Assembly (NCBI RefSeq): GCF_018977255.1
Contig: NW_024704743.1
Span: 112,284,001-112,348,000 of the forward strand
Direction of reading: 5' to 3'
DNA length: 64,000 nt
From: Callorhinchus milii
Lineage: Eukaryota
The position numbers and the translations under genes are program-made. Below are positions 11,429 to 23,240 of the stretch, one piece after another. Below the pieces are notes generated by a model, which was not told where the DNA came from, ran no database searches, and was given only the letters and a program-made list of their open reading frames with translations. The first letter of the stretch is position 1. Every line of letters begins with the position of its first letter.

Positions 11429-13940
11429 AACAACAACAACAACAACAAGATTCCATTTATAAAGCGCCTTTCACGTCAGGAGGACGTCCCAAGGCGCTGC
11501 ACAGTTGGGTAATGACCCGAGCAGGGGGGAAATGGTCAGGGTGAGGGGAGGGAAGGGAGGGAGCGAGGAGGGGGGAAATGGTCAGGGTGAGGGAAGGGAG
11601 GGAGCAAGGAGGGGGAAATGGTCAGGGTGAGGTGAGGGGAGGGAGGGAGCGAGGAGGGGAAGAGAGTCGAGAGGGGAGCTGAAGGCACGGTCAAAGAGAA
11701 AGGTTTTGAGACCGGCCTTGAAGGAGGAAAGGGAGGAAGCAAGGCGAAGGCACTGGGGGATGGAGTTCCAGAGCCTGGGGCTGAGAGGCTGAAGGCCCGA
11801 CCACCGATGGTAGGGCGGTTGGGGCGGGGGACGTGGAGCAGACCGGAGCCAGAGGAACGGAGGGTACGGGCAGGTAGGTAGGGGGATAGTAGGTTGGAGA
11901 GGTAGGAGGGAGCAAGGCCGTGAATGGCCTTGTAGGTGAGGATGAGGATCTTGAAATCAATCCTCTGGGGGATGGGGAGCCAGTGGAGGCGAGCGAGGGT
12001 GGGAGTGATGTGGTCCCGAAGCCTGGTGCGGGACAGTACACGAGCTGCAGAGTTCTGAATGACCTGCAGCTTGTGGAGGGAGGTGGCGGGAAGGCCGGCG
12101 AGGAGAGAGTTCCCATAGTCCAGCCTTGAGGTGACAAAGGCGTGGACCAGGGTTTCAGCAGCGTGAGGGGTGAGGTAGTGCCGTAGTCTGGCGATGTTCC
12201 GGAGGTGATGGAAGGCGGTGCCAGTTGTGGTGCGGATGTGAGGGAGAAAGGACAGCTCAGGGTCGAACAAAACGCCGAGGTTCCTGACTGGCTTTGAGAG
12301 GTGGAGAGTGCAGCCTTGGATGCTGATGGTGTCAGCGCCTGAGGTGCGGAGGCGCTGACGTGAGCCAATCAGGAGGGCCTCGGTTTTTCGCACGTTGAGC
12401 TGAAGAAAGTTGTCTCTCGTCCAGGACTCGATGTCGGACAGGCAGGCTGTCAGGACAGATCGGTGGTCGTGGAGTTGAGAGTAGAGGAGGAAAGGTAGAG
12501 TTGGGTGTCATCCGCATACATGTGGAAGTTAACTCCATGTCTGCGGATGATGTCACCGAGGGGGAGCATATAGAGGGTGAAGAGGAGGGGACCGAGGACA
12601 GAGCCCTGAGGGACACCACATGAGACAGTACGGGGGGTGGAGGAGAAGCCATTCGTTGAGACAAAGTGAAGACGGTGAGAAAGGTACGACCTAAACCATT
12701 CAAGGACAGTGCCTTGAAGGTTGAGGTGGGAGGACAAGCGGTGGAGTAGGATAGCGTGGTCGACCGTATCGAATGCTGCCGATAGGTCGAGGAGGACGAG
12801 GAGACAGAGGGAGCCCTGGTCACAGATGGTCAGGATATCATTGGTGACCTTGACCAGGGCAGTTTCTGTGCTATGGGCAGCACGGAAACCTGACTGAAGG
12901 GGTTCAAAAAGAGAATGGGTGGAAAGGAAAGAGCGCAGTTGGGAGGCGACAACTCTTTCCAAGACCTTGGAGAGAAAGGGGAGGTTGGAGATGGGCCGGT
13001 AGCTTGATAGCTGCGACGCATCAAGGGAGGGTTTTTTCAGGGTGGGCGTGATGATGGCAGTTTTTAATGGAATGGGGACAGAGCCAGAGGAGAGGGACAG
13101 GTTGATGATGTCAGTGATATGTGGGGCAAGAAAGTGGAGCTGGGAGATAAGGAGTGGAGTGGGGATGGGGTCAAGGGAGCAGGTGGTTGGTTTTAGGGAT
13201 AGGATGAGTTCAGTGACAGAGGGTGGGGAAACGGGTACGAAGGTGTGTAGGGGAGGATGGGTAGGAGTCGGAGTGTGGGAGGGAAGGGGTGGGTGGTGGG
13301 TGGAAGTTGGAGGGGAAGTGACCGCGGAGCGGATTCCCTTGATCTTGGATTCAAGGAAATCCAGCATCTCCTCGCAGTGAAGGTTGGAGGAGATGACCTG
13401 CGCGGGGTGGCGGGGGGGACGGAGGAGTCGGGTTGTGGTGGAAAACAGTAGCCTGGGGTTGTTCTTCGCCTCCAGGATTATCCTGGAGTAGAAGGACGAC
13501 TTGGCCGAGGCTAGAGTGGAGCGGTAAATTTTGAGGAGGTCCAGCCAGATTTGTCGGTGGACCGTTAGGCCAGATTTGACACAGGTGCGTTCAGCAGCCC
13601 GCACCTGGCTTTTCAGTGAGCGGAGGTGGGTGGTGTACCAGGGGGAGGAGCGGGAGTAGGAGACAGTGCGGGAAGTGATGGGGGCAAGAGTATCGAGTGT
13701 GGAGGAGAGGGTATTGTGGAGGAGGGAGAGAGGAGAAGAGGGGTCAGTGAGGGTTGAAGGCCAGAGGGAGAGGAGTTCAGAGGACTCCAAGGCATCGGTT
13801 AGGGATTGTGGGGGTAACTTCTTCCAAGGGCGGTAGAAGATGGTGGTGGGTCTGGTGGAGGTGGGGAGGGGGGTGGAGGTGGTGAAGGAGATGAAGTGGT
13901 GGTCAGAGATGGCCTTGTCGGTAATAGTGATATCCGAGAC
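11429..13940 (-). mobile_element. Young 5'-truncated L2-clade LINE (end of APE endonuclease, RT, 3'UTR, (TTG)n tail)
   Basis: Motifs [53 protein letters not shown] and LHWLPIPQRIDFKI; two frameshifts (~12461 and ~11778); GC/CpG-rich. Confidence 0.95.
11523..11660. repeat. G-rich tandem repeat (~3 copies of ~40-45 bp) in the L2 3' region
   Basis: GGGGGAAATGGTCAGGGTGAGG...GGGAGGGAGCGAGGA occurs three times. Confidence 0.85.
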
Positions 13941-15109
13941 ACTGACTGTATAGTTGTGGGCGAAACGCGACAGCCAATTGCGCACAGCAGTGTCCCACAA
14001 ACAGTCGTGGATTGAAGTTACCAATTTATTATTGTTTTTTTTTCTTGAAGGATTATTATTAGGCGTGTTGAGTAAGGAAACTTGCCCAAGGTTTCGCCCT
14101 GCTGGGAATCGAACCCAGGTCTCTTTCTTGCGAGGCGAGTGCTCTAACCACTGAGCTACAAGACTAATCAATTTTAGTGATTGCAATGGTCCTCAGAGGA
14201 ATAATACAATTAATAATGATAGTAATGAATAATATAACATCAATAGTAATTATAACACAATAATGTGATATTATCAATATAGTAATAGTTATTAGTTATT
14301 ATTAGGTTAACATTTCACACAAATCTGTGCACACTGTTTATGAAGTTAATTGCAGTTCTTCAAAAAGACTTGCAATTGGGGACTAAATTTAAAAACTTTC
14401 CAAACAATTCAGCACAGCATTACGTTTTAAGACAACAACCTTAAGGCTTGGTCTATGAGAATTTTCAGGCCATGAGTTTATTATAGAAAGGCCAGAATAG
14501 CCCTGTTAATCTTAATCTTTTAGTATGATCTTAATAGACCATAGCGCTGGAGTTCTGGAGGAGAATTGCATTAAGTTTCTGTTGTGTTCATTACTGTGTT
14601 TATCACGTTTTCCAATACCTATGTGCAACATTCCATTCAAAAGCCCACGGAGATATGAACAGTCCAAAATGCAGCTTCTCTTCAATTTTTTTTAAATTAC
14701 CTGTTAATCAGGATGTCAGAGTGTATCAGTGCTCTGACGTGTGACATACAAAACCGATGCTAATTGTACCTAATGTTTTTTTTCACCTATGATGATAATA
14801 TTCAAACATGACAGTTGAGATAATCATGCCAGATCGATATAAGAGGGCTACAAAAGACAGAGCATTTTGTTACCTAGAAAAGAAAGTTCCGTTTACAGTG
14901 AGACTGACAGGGCTGATAATATAGTGCATTGTTGTGATTAGTGAAATTGTCATTATCTTATCCTTATAAAATCATACGCTGACATCCTTAATTATTAACA
15001 TTGGCAATGATGGCTTCATCCCACATCTGCTTCTGTATAAGGCAGTTTAGCTGCTCTGCCAATATGAATATAGTTACAATCCATCATGTTCCTCAGCAAA
15101 TCTTGTGGG

Positions 15110-15270
15110 TTTCAAGAGGGTACGTAGACAGGTATATGAAAGATAAAGGCCTGTAGGGGTATGGGAAAAGGGGAGGACAGTGGGATTGAATGGACAACTT
15201 GCTCTGAGAGCCAATGCAGACTTGATTGGCTGAATAGCCTCCTGCTGTGCTGTAAATCTCTATGATTCTA
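15110..15270 (+). mobile_element. CR1 3' end
   Basis: ...GGCTGAATAGCCTCCTGCTGTGCTGTAAATCTCTATGATTCT terminus. Confidence 0.75.
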
Positions 15271-18200
15271 GGTAAAATCAAAATTGGCTGTCGTATTCCA
15301 CCTACAAAAGTACACAGTCACTACACCTTGCAGTAAATCTGGGGAAGCACTTTAAGAAGACTTCCCAACATGAAAAGCATTATATCAAATGCAGGACTGA
15401 ATGGTATTATGATTATTATAAAAATATGAAAATATCCTCGTTTTAGAGCTCAATATCTTAAAACAAATTAAGTTGAGTATTTTTTATCAGCGTATCAGGT
15501 AACCAATTTAAAATCCTTTGGCTGTTTCATTTTTTACCACAGAAAGCTATGATTTAAAAACAACTGAGTTCCCGTGTACTTTTCACACGCTTCAAGCAGT
15601 TGAAAGCATCTCCCACAGTTTTCAAAAAAAACACAAGTCTTTGATGTAGCTCATTATATAGATTTTCAAACCATATTAGGCACATTTCAATGCCTGACTT
15701 TACCACTTAAAATATTGATATGCTAGTGTATTCCATACTACATATCTCAACACTAAGTGATGGATTGAAGTATCTGACTAAACTATTGAAACAATCTACC
15801 TTTGGAGCATGTGTCCAGCTTTCTTTCTTCTTTATGGTCTGTTCCAGGCCCTCACTCTTCCGAGTTCCAAGCAATTACTTCAATCTACGATTGTTTGTGG
15901 GACACTGCTGCACGCAATTGGCTGCCGCGTTTCGCCCACAATTTATACAGTCAATTCGCTTCACAATATATTCTGTGAAGCACTTTGAGACATCTCAAAG
16001 TCTTGATAAGGCGCCATATCAAATGCAAGGATTATTAATTGTGACCACATAATACACAGTCATTACATTTAATAGTAAATCTTATAAAGTGCTTGAGACA
16101 TCCTCCTGACATGAACGACGATATATCAAACGCAAGGATTATTATTAGCATCTTAATCAACCAACTGTACTACTGTTATGGTCTACACCTAAACAATGGG
16201 TGCCCTCTGCTCACTCTTCATTTTAAACTCAGTGCCTTTCTGACCATGTGGTTGTCGCTCAAATCGGCTTTGACTGGATTACCTTTAGTGACACCCACAT
16301 GGTGGCATCATCGACTGAGTATCTTACTGTTTTGGGGGCACTGTTTTTCTTTTTAAAGAATCCTAATTCTATTTTGAAAGATACCACAGAGAAATGCTTT
16401 CATGTCTACAAATACACAGTCACTGACACTGCCCTGCGTGAAGGGCACTATATAAATGCAAGTTGTTGTTGTTGATAAAACACTGTAATAGACAACACAC
16501 TGTAATAGATGATATACTGTAAGACACAATACTGTTATAGACAATAAACTAAATGGTCAGAGCTTTGGAGGTGCCACACACGACCTGCCACACATGAAGG
16601 ACACTGCTCCATCAATAATCTTGGACTGAACAAATGCTGGGAATAGAAACGTTCAGCAACCCCAAGCATAGCTGAAGAATATGGATCGAAGGCTCCACTC
16701 AAGCTTTCATGATTTTACGAATTAATATCAGCAAAGCATATTGAAAAGATATTGCAAACAGTGCTTTCAAATAACTTTGTACTGAGTACTTAAAAATTTT
16801 GTAAACCATGCGTATTTCAATGATCTACCGCCATTCTACCTTCCCCTCCCACCCCATGCTTGGCATCCGTCCTTCTATTGTATAGCTCTCTGAGTCCTTA
16901 TTTTACATGAAGGGCACCATATAAATGCAAGGTGTGGTTAATGTGTGTAGGAATACTGTAGCTTTTGACCTCAATGAGTTTCACTGGAACTTAATCAATT
17001 TTCAGATTTCAAAGCCTGTTGGGAGAATATCACCTGGATTTATGTTTACATTCCTGAGAACATATAATAAAGATTTAGAATGAAACAAGCTAATTTAAGT
17101 TCATTGATGATATGTCTGGTGCATGAATATTACCTGTCATTTCTGGAATAAAATACCAGACTATTTACTACCTTGTTAATATGACCAACATTAATAGATG
17201 TCAGATCTGTTTGGCAATCAATAGTTTTATAGGTATCTAGTACCGCTTAGATTTAAGAACTATTTAGTCCCTTGAGGGCTGAGTGGTTTTTTTTAAATGC
17301 TACATTGTTCGTATTTATTGCAGCTTCTTCAAATTGATACAGTATTTTGAAAATCACAGCACAGAGAGGTCACAGATCTGTATGAAACACATGGCACGTG
17401 TTTTCATTTGCACATCTATTAGCCTGGCTTAGTTAATAGCACTCTCGCCCTTGAATTCAAGATCCCATATTCAAAAAGGAGCCACCATGCCAATGATCTT
17501 GTAGAACCAGGTTCCTTCAGAACAACTCTCTCCAGGGAATAATCTTGAACGAAAACACTCCTGTACCCTGAATCCAGTGAAAGCTGGGTGGTAAAGACTG
17601 ATGACAAGTGGAAGCTGAGACACTATCCCAGATGTGAACGTAGAGAGACTAGGCAAACACTTGTTGCAGTGCCCGGTCAACAACCTGTACTCCTGAGGAA
17701 CTATTTGAGATAAATAATAACACCAGATGCTGGCTGCGGTTTTGGAGCAACAGGCTATGATGATGATTGTAACTATGAAATGAATGACTAATTCTCTCTG
17801 GGGTACTTTTTGGCCAGGATACCACGAGAAACTCTCTTCTATTTTTGAATATGAGATCTTGAACATCCACCTCAAGAGGCAGACAGAATCTTGATTTAAC
17901 TTTTAAAAAATGGCACCTCTGTCAATGCAGCAAAGGTCTGTGTGAGCAACTCAGGCCCGTGCTCAGTTAATTTCTTCTGATAAGCAGCATTTAAACACCT
18001 ATCAATCTCCCAACTAAAAATATGAGCTTAAGTATACCAGTAATAACCATGACCTTTAAATCTTGGATCCAAAAGCATTGAAAAAAATCATTCCCAAAGA
18101 TACTCTGACTTAATCTTATGTTTCAAATTTCAGACAATGTCAGCAGCTAGATATCATTAAGATCTCAGTTCAGACACATTAAGTTGCCTCAATGAAACCA

Positions 18201-18353
18201 TCCCTTCTTGATGCCAAAGTTGGCTTTCTTTTTACCAATAAAATAATTCAGGTCTATTTGCTTATTGGTTTTAGTGCCAGCTTTTCCTAAGTTGCATCAT
18301 GAAGAGTCTAGGGCTGAATGCAAGTTTAAATTTTAAGGATGAATTACATGGTC

Positions 18354-19157
18354 AACAACAACAACAATATTTGTAAAGCGCCTTTCATGTCGGGAGGATG
18401 TCCCAAGTTACAATATAATAATAACAATAATAATCCTTGCATTTGATATAGCGCTTTTCACATCTTCTAGACATCTCAAAGCGCTTCACAGAATAGACTG
18501 TAAAATGAATTGGCTGTATACTTGTGGGTGAAATGCGGCAGCCAATTGCGCACAGCAGTGTCTCACAAACAGTCGGGGATTGAAGTGACCAATTTATTAT
18601 TGTTTTTTTTTGAGGGGATTATTATTAGGTGTGTGGAGCAAGAAAACTTGCCCAAGGTTTCGTCCTGCCTGGAATTGAACCCAGGTGTCTCGCTTGCAAA
18701 GTGAGTGCTCTAACCACTGAGCTACAGGACTCCAAGAGTTACAGACCCGAGTTGGGGGTCAGGGTTGGGGAGGGTGGAGTGCAGGGGCTGAACAGGGAGA
18801 TAAAAAGCACGGTCGAAGAGGAGGGTCTTGAGATGGGTCTTCAAGGTGGCAAGGGAGAGGTTGAGGCGGAGTGACTGCGGGATGGAGTTCCAGAGGGTGG
18901 GTGCACAGTGGCAGAAGACCCGCCTGTCAATAGTGGGGAGTGCAAGGTGGGGGATATGAAGCAGGCTGGAGCCCACTGAGCGGAGGAAGTGAATAGGATG
19001 GTAGGGGGTTAGGAGGTTGCAGAGGTAGTGGGGAGCAAGACCATGGAGGGCTTTGAAGGTGAGGACCAGGATCTTGAACTGAATCCTTTGTGTGATAGGA
19101 AGCCAGTGGAGTTGGACGAGGATGGGGGTGATATGGTCGCGGAGCCTAGTGTGGGTT
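18354..19157 (-). mobile_element. L2 3' fragment (hosts SINE)
   Basis: RLRDHITPILVQLHWLPITQRIQFKIL...APTLWNSIP; (TTG)n tail at ~18354. Confidence 0.9.
18413..18733 (-). mobile_element. Young SINE (short form) inserted in an L2 3' end
   Basis: Full SINE consensus with L2 3' sequence on both sides. Confidence 0.9.
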
Positions 19158-19269
19158 AGATACATTAAAGACAGATAAATTACAATTTATTTTACTAAAC
19201 AATTATACTGAGGTATACAATTATACATTATTATGTAACAATTTACATCTGTTTCTATAATCTTAATTA

Positions 19270-19615
19270 TAAATAATAATCCTTGTATTTATATAGCACC
19301 TTATCACATTGTTCAGACGTATCAAAGCCCTTCGCAGGATATACTGTACAATGTACTGACTGTATATTTTGTGGGCCAAATGCAGCAGCCAATTGTGCAC
19401 AGCAAGGTCCTACAAACAGTCGTGGATTGAGTGACCACAATATTATTATTTTTTGAAGGAATTATTACCCCCGGAAAAGTGATCAGCCGGGTTTCTACTT
19501 ACTGCTAGGTAAACAGAGGCGTTTGAAGTAAGGAACCTTTACTAAGGTTTCGCTCTGCCCGGGAATCAAACCAGGAATCTCTCGCTTTCAAGTCAAGCTC
19601 GCTAACTATTACACT
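19270..19615 (-). mobile_element. SINE (long form)
   Basis: SINE consensus with the extra CTGTTTACCTAGCAGTAAGTAG segment. Confidence 0.85.
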
Positions 19616-19805
19616 ACACCTTTTCCTGGCCCAACGTGTATGTGTGTGTATATGTCAGTGTGTGCTTCCTGGAGTGAGTGCACACTCACTCTTGCATTCT
19701 AAGTTGTCATTGTGTCTTGACAAATTAAAATATGCTGGAAGTTGTATTTGTTTCTGAGAAACGATTAATAGACCTGCTAAGACTGGAATCAATGGTAAAG
19801 TATTT

Positions 19806-20160
19806 AACAATAATAATAATCCATGCATTTGTTATAGCGCCTTATCACGTGTTCGAGATGTCTCAAAGTGCTTCACAGAATATACTGTAATGTGAATTGA
19901 CTGTATATTTTGTGGGCGAAACGCAGCAGCCAATTGCACACAGAAGTATCCCACAAACAGTGATGGATTGAAGTGACCGATTTATTATTGTTTTTTTGAA
20001 GGAATTATTAGCCCCGGAAAAACAACTAGGTTCCTACTTACTGCTAGGTAAACAGAGGCGTGTGGAGTCTGGAAACTTGCCGACATTTTGCCCCGCTGGG
20101 AATTGAATTCAGGTCTCTCGTTTTCGAGGCGAGCGCTCTGACCACTGAGCTACATGACTC
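19806..20160 (-). mobile_element. SINE (long form)
   Basis: Full consensus from head to (ATT)n tail. Confidence 0.88.
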
Positions 20161-20869
20161 TACAACAGTATTTCACACAAAACCAATAGTTGTCTCTTAA
20201 CTATAGGGACCAAAATAGTCTTAGCCTACAAAACTATTTTATCTTAAATAATTAAGATTACGTTGATTAGTGCAAAATTCTTACATTTGGTCTTAATTTG
20301 GAAACCGATTCTTTCCAAGAACTGGAGAAATATAATCACACATTAGTGAGACACAGTTTTGCACTACAGTACCTGTTTCCCTGTGTGTTTCTATGTCTGA
20401 TGGATCCATAACAGAGGACGGAAACATCAGCTTCCTCCTAAACTCCTTTAGTCTCCCAACCCATCTTGAGTACTACCTTTGCCTACAAATACACAGTCAC
20501 TACACTTCACAGTAAAAACCTGTAAAGCGCTTTGCGGTGCCTCATGAACGTGATAAGGCGCTATATCAAATGCAAGGATTATTATTGTTATTTTTACCTG
20601 TTCCAGGCACTAGCTCAGATGTGGGCACTGGGGAGCAAAAGATTACACCTAAATCATGATTTTCCTTTGACTATTGATGATGACTGAACCAATGGAAAGC
20701 TAATTTGTTCTTGTTTCTCATCAGATCTGAAACAATAGGAATACAATGATATCCTGCTGTAAATTCTGTTACTGGCAGCGAATAAAAAAATCACATTATA
20801 GAGAAAACAGATTGTGAATGCAAAAACTTTGAACACGTCGTCTGTAAACCATCACAACTCACCAGAGAT

Positions 20870-21150
20870 ATGGACGCTTACCAACCTGATATTGTCGGTG
20901 TAAGTGAAATCCAATGGACTAGAACAGTTGTGATCACAAAGTATTAGAGTGTGGGAGAACAGATAATAGACACAGTCAGGGTGCAGCTACTCTTTTCAAT
21001 CAATTAGCTCCAAAAGTGCTGAGTGTAGTAACTACATGATTGAATTACTGAAGCAAAATTCATCACCAGGCATTGGAAAACTTGCAATCGTGGAATGTTA
21101 TGCTCCACTAATTTGCTGTTCTCATGAAGAGGAAAAGTTTTTTATGACAT
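20870..21150 (+). mobile_element. Eroded RTE-clade LINE endonuclease fragment
   Basis: Translates to MDAYQPDIVGVSEIQWT ... IVECYAP, resembling RTE-type APE motifs (DILGISExRW, IIQxYAPT); frameshifted. Confidence 0.6.
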
Positions 21151-22739
21151 ATTCACTGATCAATTACATATAGAAGCATATCAGATCCTGGTATACATAT
21201 GTCAGTGGGATCCACTCTGAATACCTGGGGCAGATAGTATGGCATTTGAAGAAGAAATTGGCACATCCATATTTAGTGAGATAAGTGATCATTTAAAATT
21301 ATTTAGGTAAACAGAAGCATGTGGAGTAAGAAAGCTTGCCCAACATTTTGCCCTGCCGGGAATCGAACCCAGGTCCTCTCGCTTGCGAGGCAAGTGCTCT
21401 AACCATTAATCTACAGGACTCCGACAAAATGGCAAAACTGGATCATGGGCTTCTGACTGTCCATACACTGTCCGCAGATTGATTCACTTATAAGAGAACA
21501 GATCCAGCTACATGTGTTACAGAATAAGCCAAATAACAGAGACTGAGAAGAATTGGAGTCAAACTAAAGACTTGCCTTTAAGAGTTCAACAAAGAGAAAT
21601 TAAATCACATTGGGGGAAAAAAATCTCAGTGATTAGTAAAGCAACAGCAACAATTTATATTTACATAGCGTCGGGGTAGCACCTTGAAGTGCTAAACATT
21701 GGTATGGTTCGATAGTGAGCCGGGGAGAAAGGCAAGCTGACCATAGGCAGAGCTACAAAATCGAAGAGGAAAGTCTTCAGGTGCAATCTCCAAAAGACTA
21801 AGGAAAGTAAATGCTAGTGTATAGGAGTTTGGTGAGCACAACTTCAAAAGAAGCAGTTATATGGAATTCCATCAAAGCTACAAAAGGAAATGAAACAAGT
21901 CACTTTTCGATCAGTGTGGAGAGATCAATGAAATCGACATGAAAAGTAATCAAGGCAATAATCTCCATTACACTACATCCAACAGATGGAATAACTTCAA
22001 GCAGCTCTCTGCAACACTGGCTTCTATAATCATAGTTAGGCCAATGATGAAAGGCTAAAAGTGGGCTGAAAATGTAATGAATGTCAAGATAAACAGGGAA
22101 CTGGCCCAGACACAGAGAAATTTCTATGAGTAAATGATATGCATACGTGAAACTCTCAGGCTGGTTTGGATAGTCTTATAGCAGCAACAACAATAACTGG
22201 CATTTCTGTAGCGATCCTCATCAGGATAGCGTCTTGGAGAACTGAAGCATGGGTCAGACACCCAGCTGACCCCCCAAAAAGACAAGATAAAGGAGGAGGT
22301 AAGAATTCTTCAGCACCTGATGCACAACACAGGGGTTGCTCTGTGTAACATGATTCTTAACACTATTTAATCTCATTCTGTAAAGCACTTTGATGCATTT
22401 CTTGTAAGTAAAATGCAATATTGCTGTTAATTGCAGATGGTCCCCTAAAAGGACTCTTACGGGATAATTATATAGCCACAGTAGCTGCATAATTTGTGTT
22501 GGGATTCTGTTTAAATGCTCCGTTTATAGTGAAGTTTAACATGAAGATAAACAAGATAGCCGCAGGCATGATCACCACAAGAGGTGTCCAATAAGTTAAA
22601 AATACAACAAAATAACTATGTTGTATTTTATAAATAAAAACACAAAAAAGGAGCCGTAAGAGTTCATTGCATTCAGCTTGTATAATTGGTGTTTAAACAA
22701 GTGTACCAGAGCAAAGGCCAATTAACAGTTCTTTTAAAT

Positions 22740-23240
22740 TGTACATCAGGATGATACCAGGAATGAGGGACTTCAGTTATCAGGAGAGGCTAGACAAACT
22801 AGGGTTATTCTCCTTGGAGCAAAGAATGTTAAGAGGAGACTTAATAGAAGTTTTCAAAATTATGAGGGGATTCGATAGGGTGAACAAAGAGAAACCATTT
22901 CCACTGGCGGGTGAGTCGGTAACCCGAGGACACTGATTTAAAATAGTTGTTGAAAGAAACAGAGGGGAGGTGTGAAAGAAATAACAAAAAAAAGGAAGAA
23001 TTTTTTTCTCACAGCGAATTGTCCGGATGTAGAATGCATTGCCTGAAAAGGTGGTGGAAGCCAATTCGGTAACAACTTTTAAGAGAGAAGTAGATAATTA
23101 TTTTGGGAAGATAAGTTTGCACGGCTATGGGGAGAAAGCAGGAAGTGGGATTGATTCGGATAGATCTTTTAAAAGAGCCAGCACAGACACGATGGGCCGA
23201 ATGGCCTCCTTCTATGCTGTATAATTCTATGATTCTATGA
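22740..23240 (+). mobile_element. CR1 LINE 3' fragment
   Basis: RMIPGMRDFSYQERLDKLGLFSLEQRMLRGDLIEVFKIM; terminal ATTCTATG repeats. Confidence 0.93.

Larger units (their letters stand above)
11337..14165 (-). mobile_element. tRNA-derived SINE split by the L2 insertion (tail 11337-11430, head and core 13941-14165)
   Basis: The two halves rejoin into the same SINE consensus seen at 10798-11123. Confidence 0.9.

Noticed and set aside
12450..14186. 578-aa ORF as a host or domesticated RT gene
   Set aside because: The N-terminus is translated SINE and the rest is frameshifted, 5'-truncated L2 ORF2 with an intact retroposon tail
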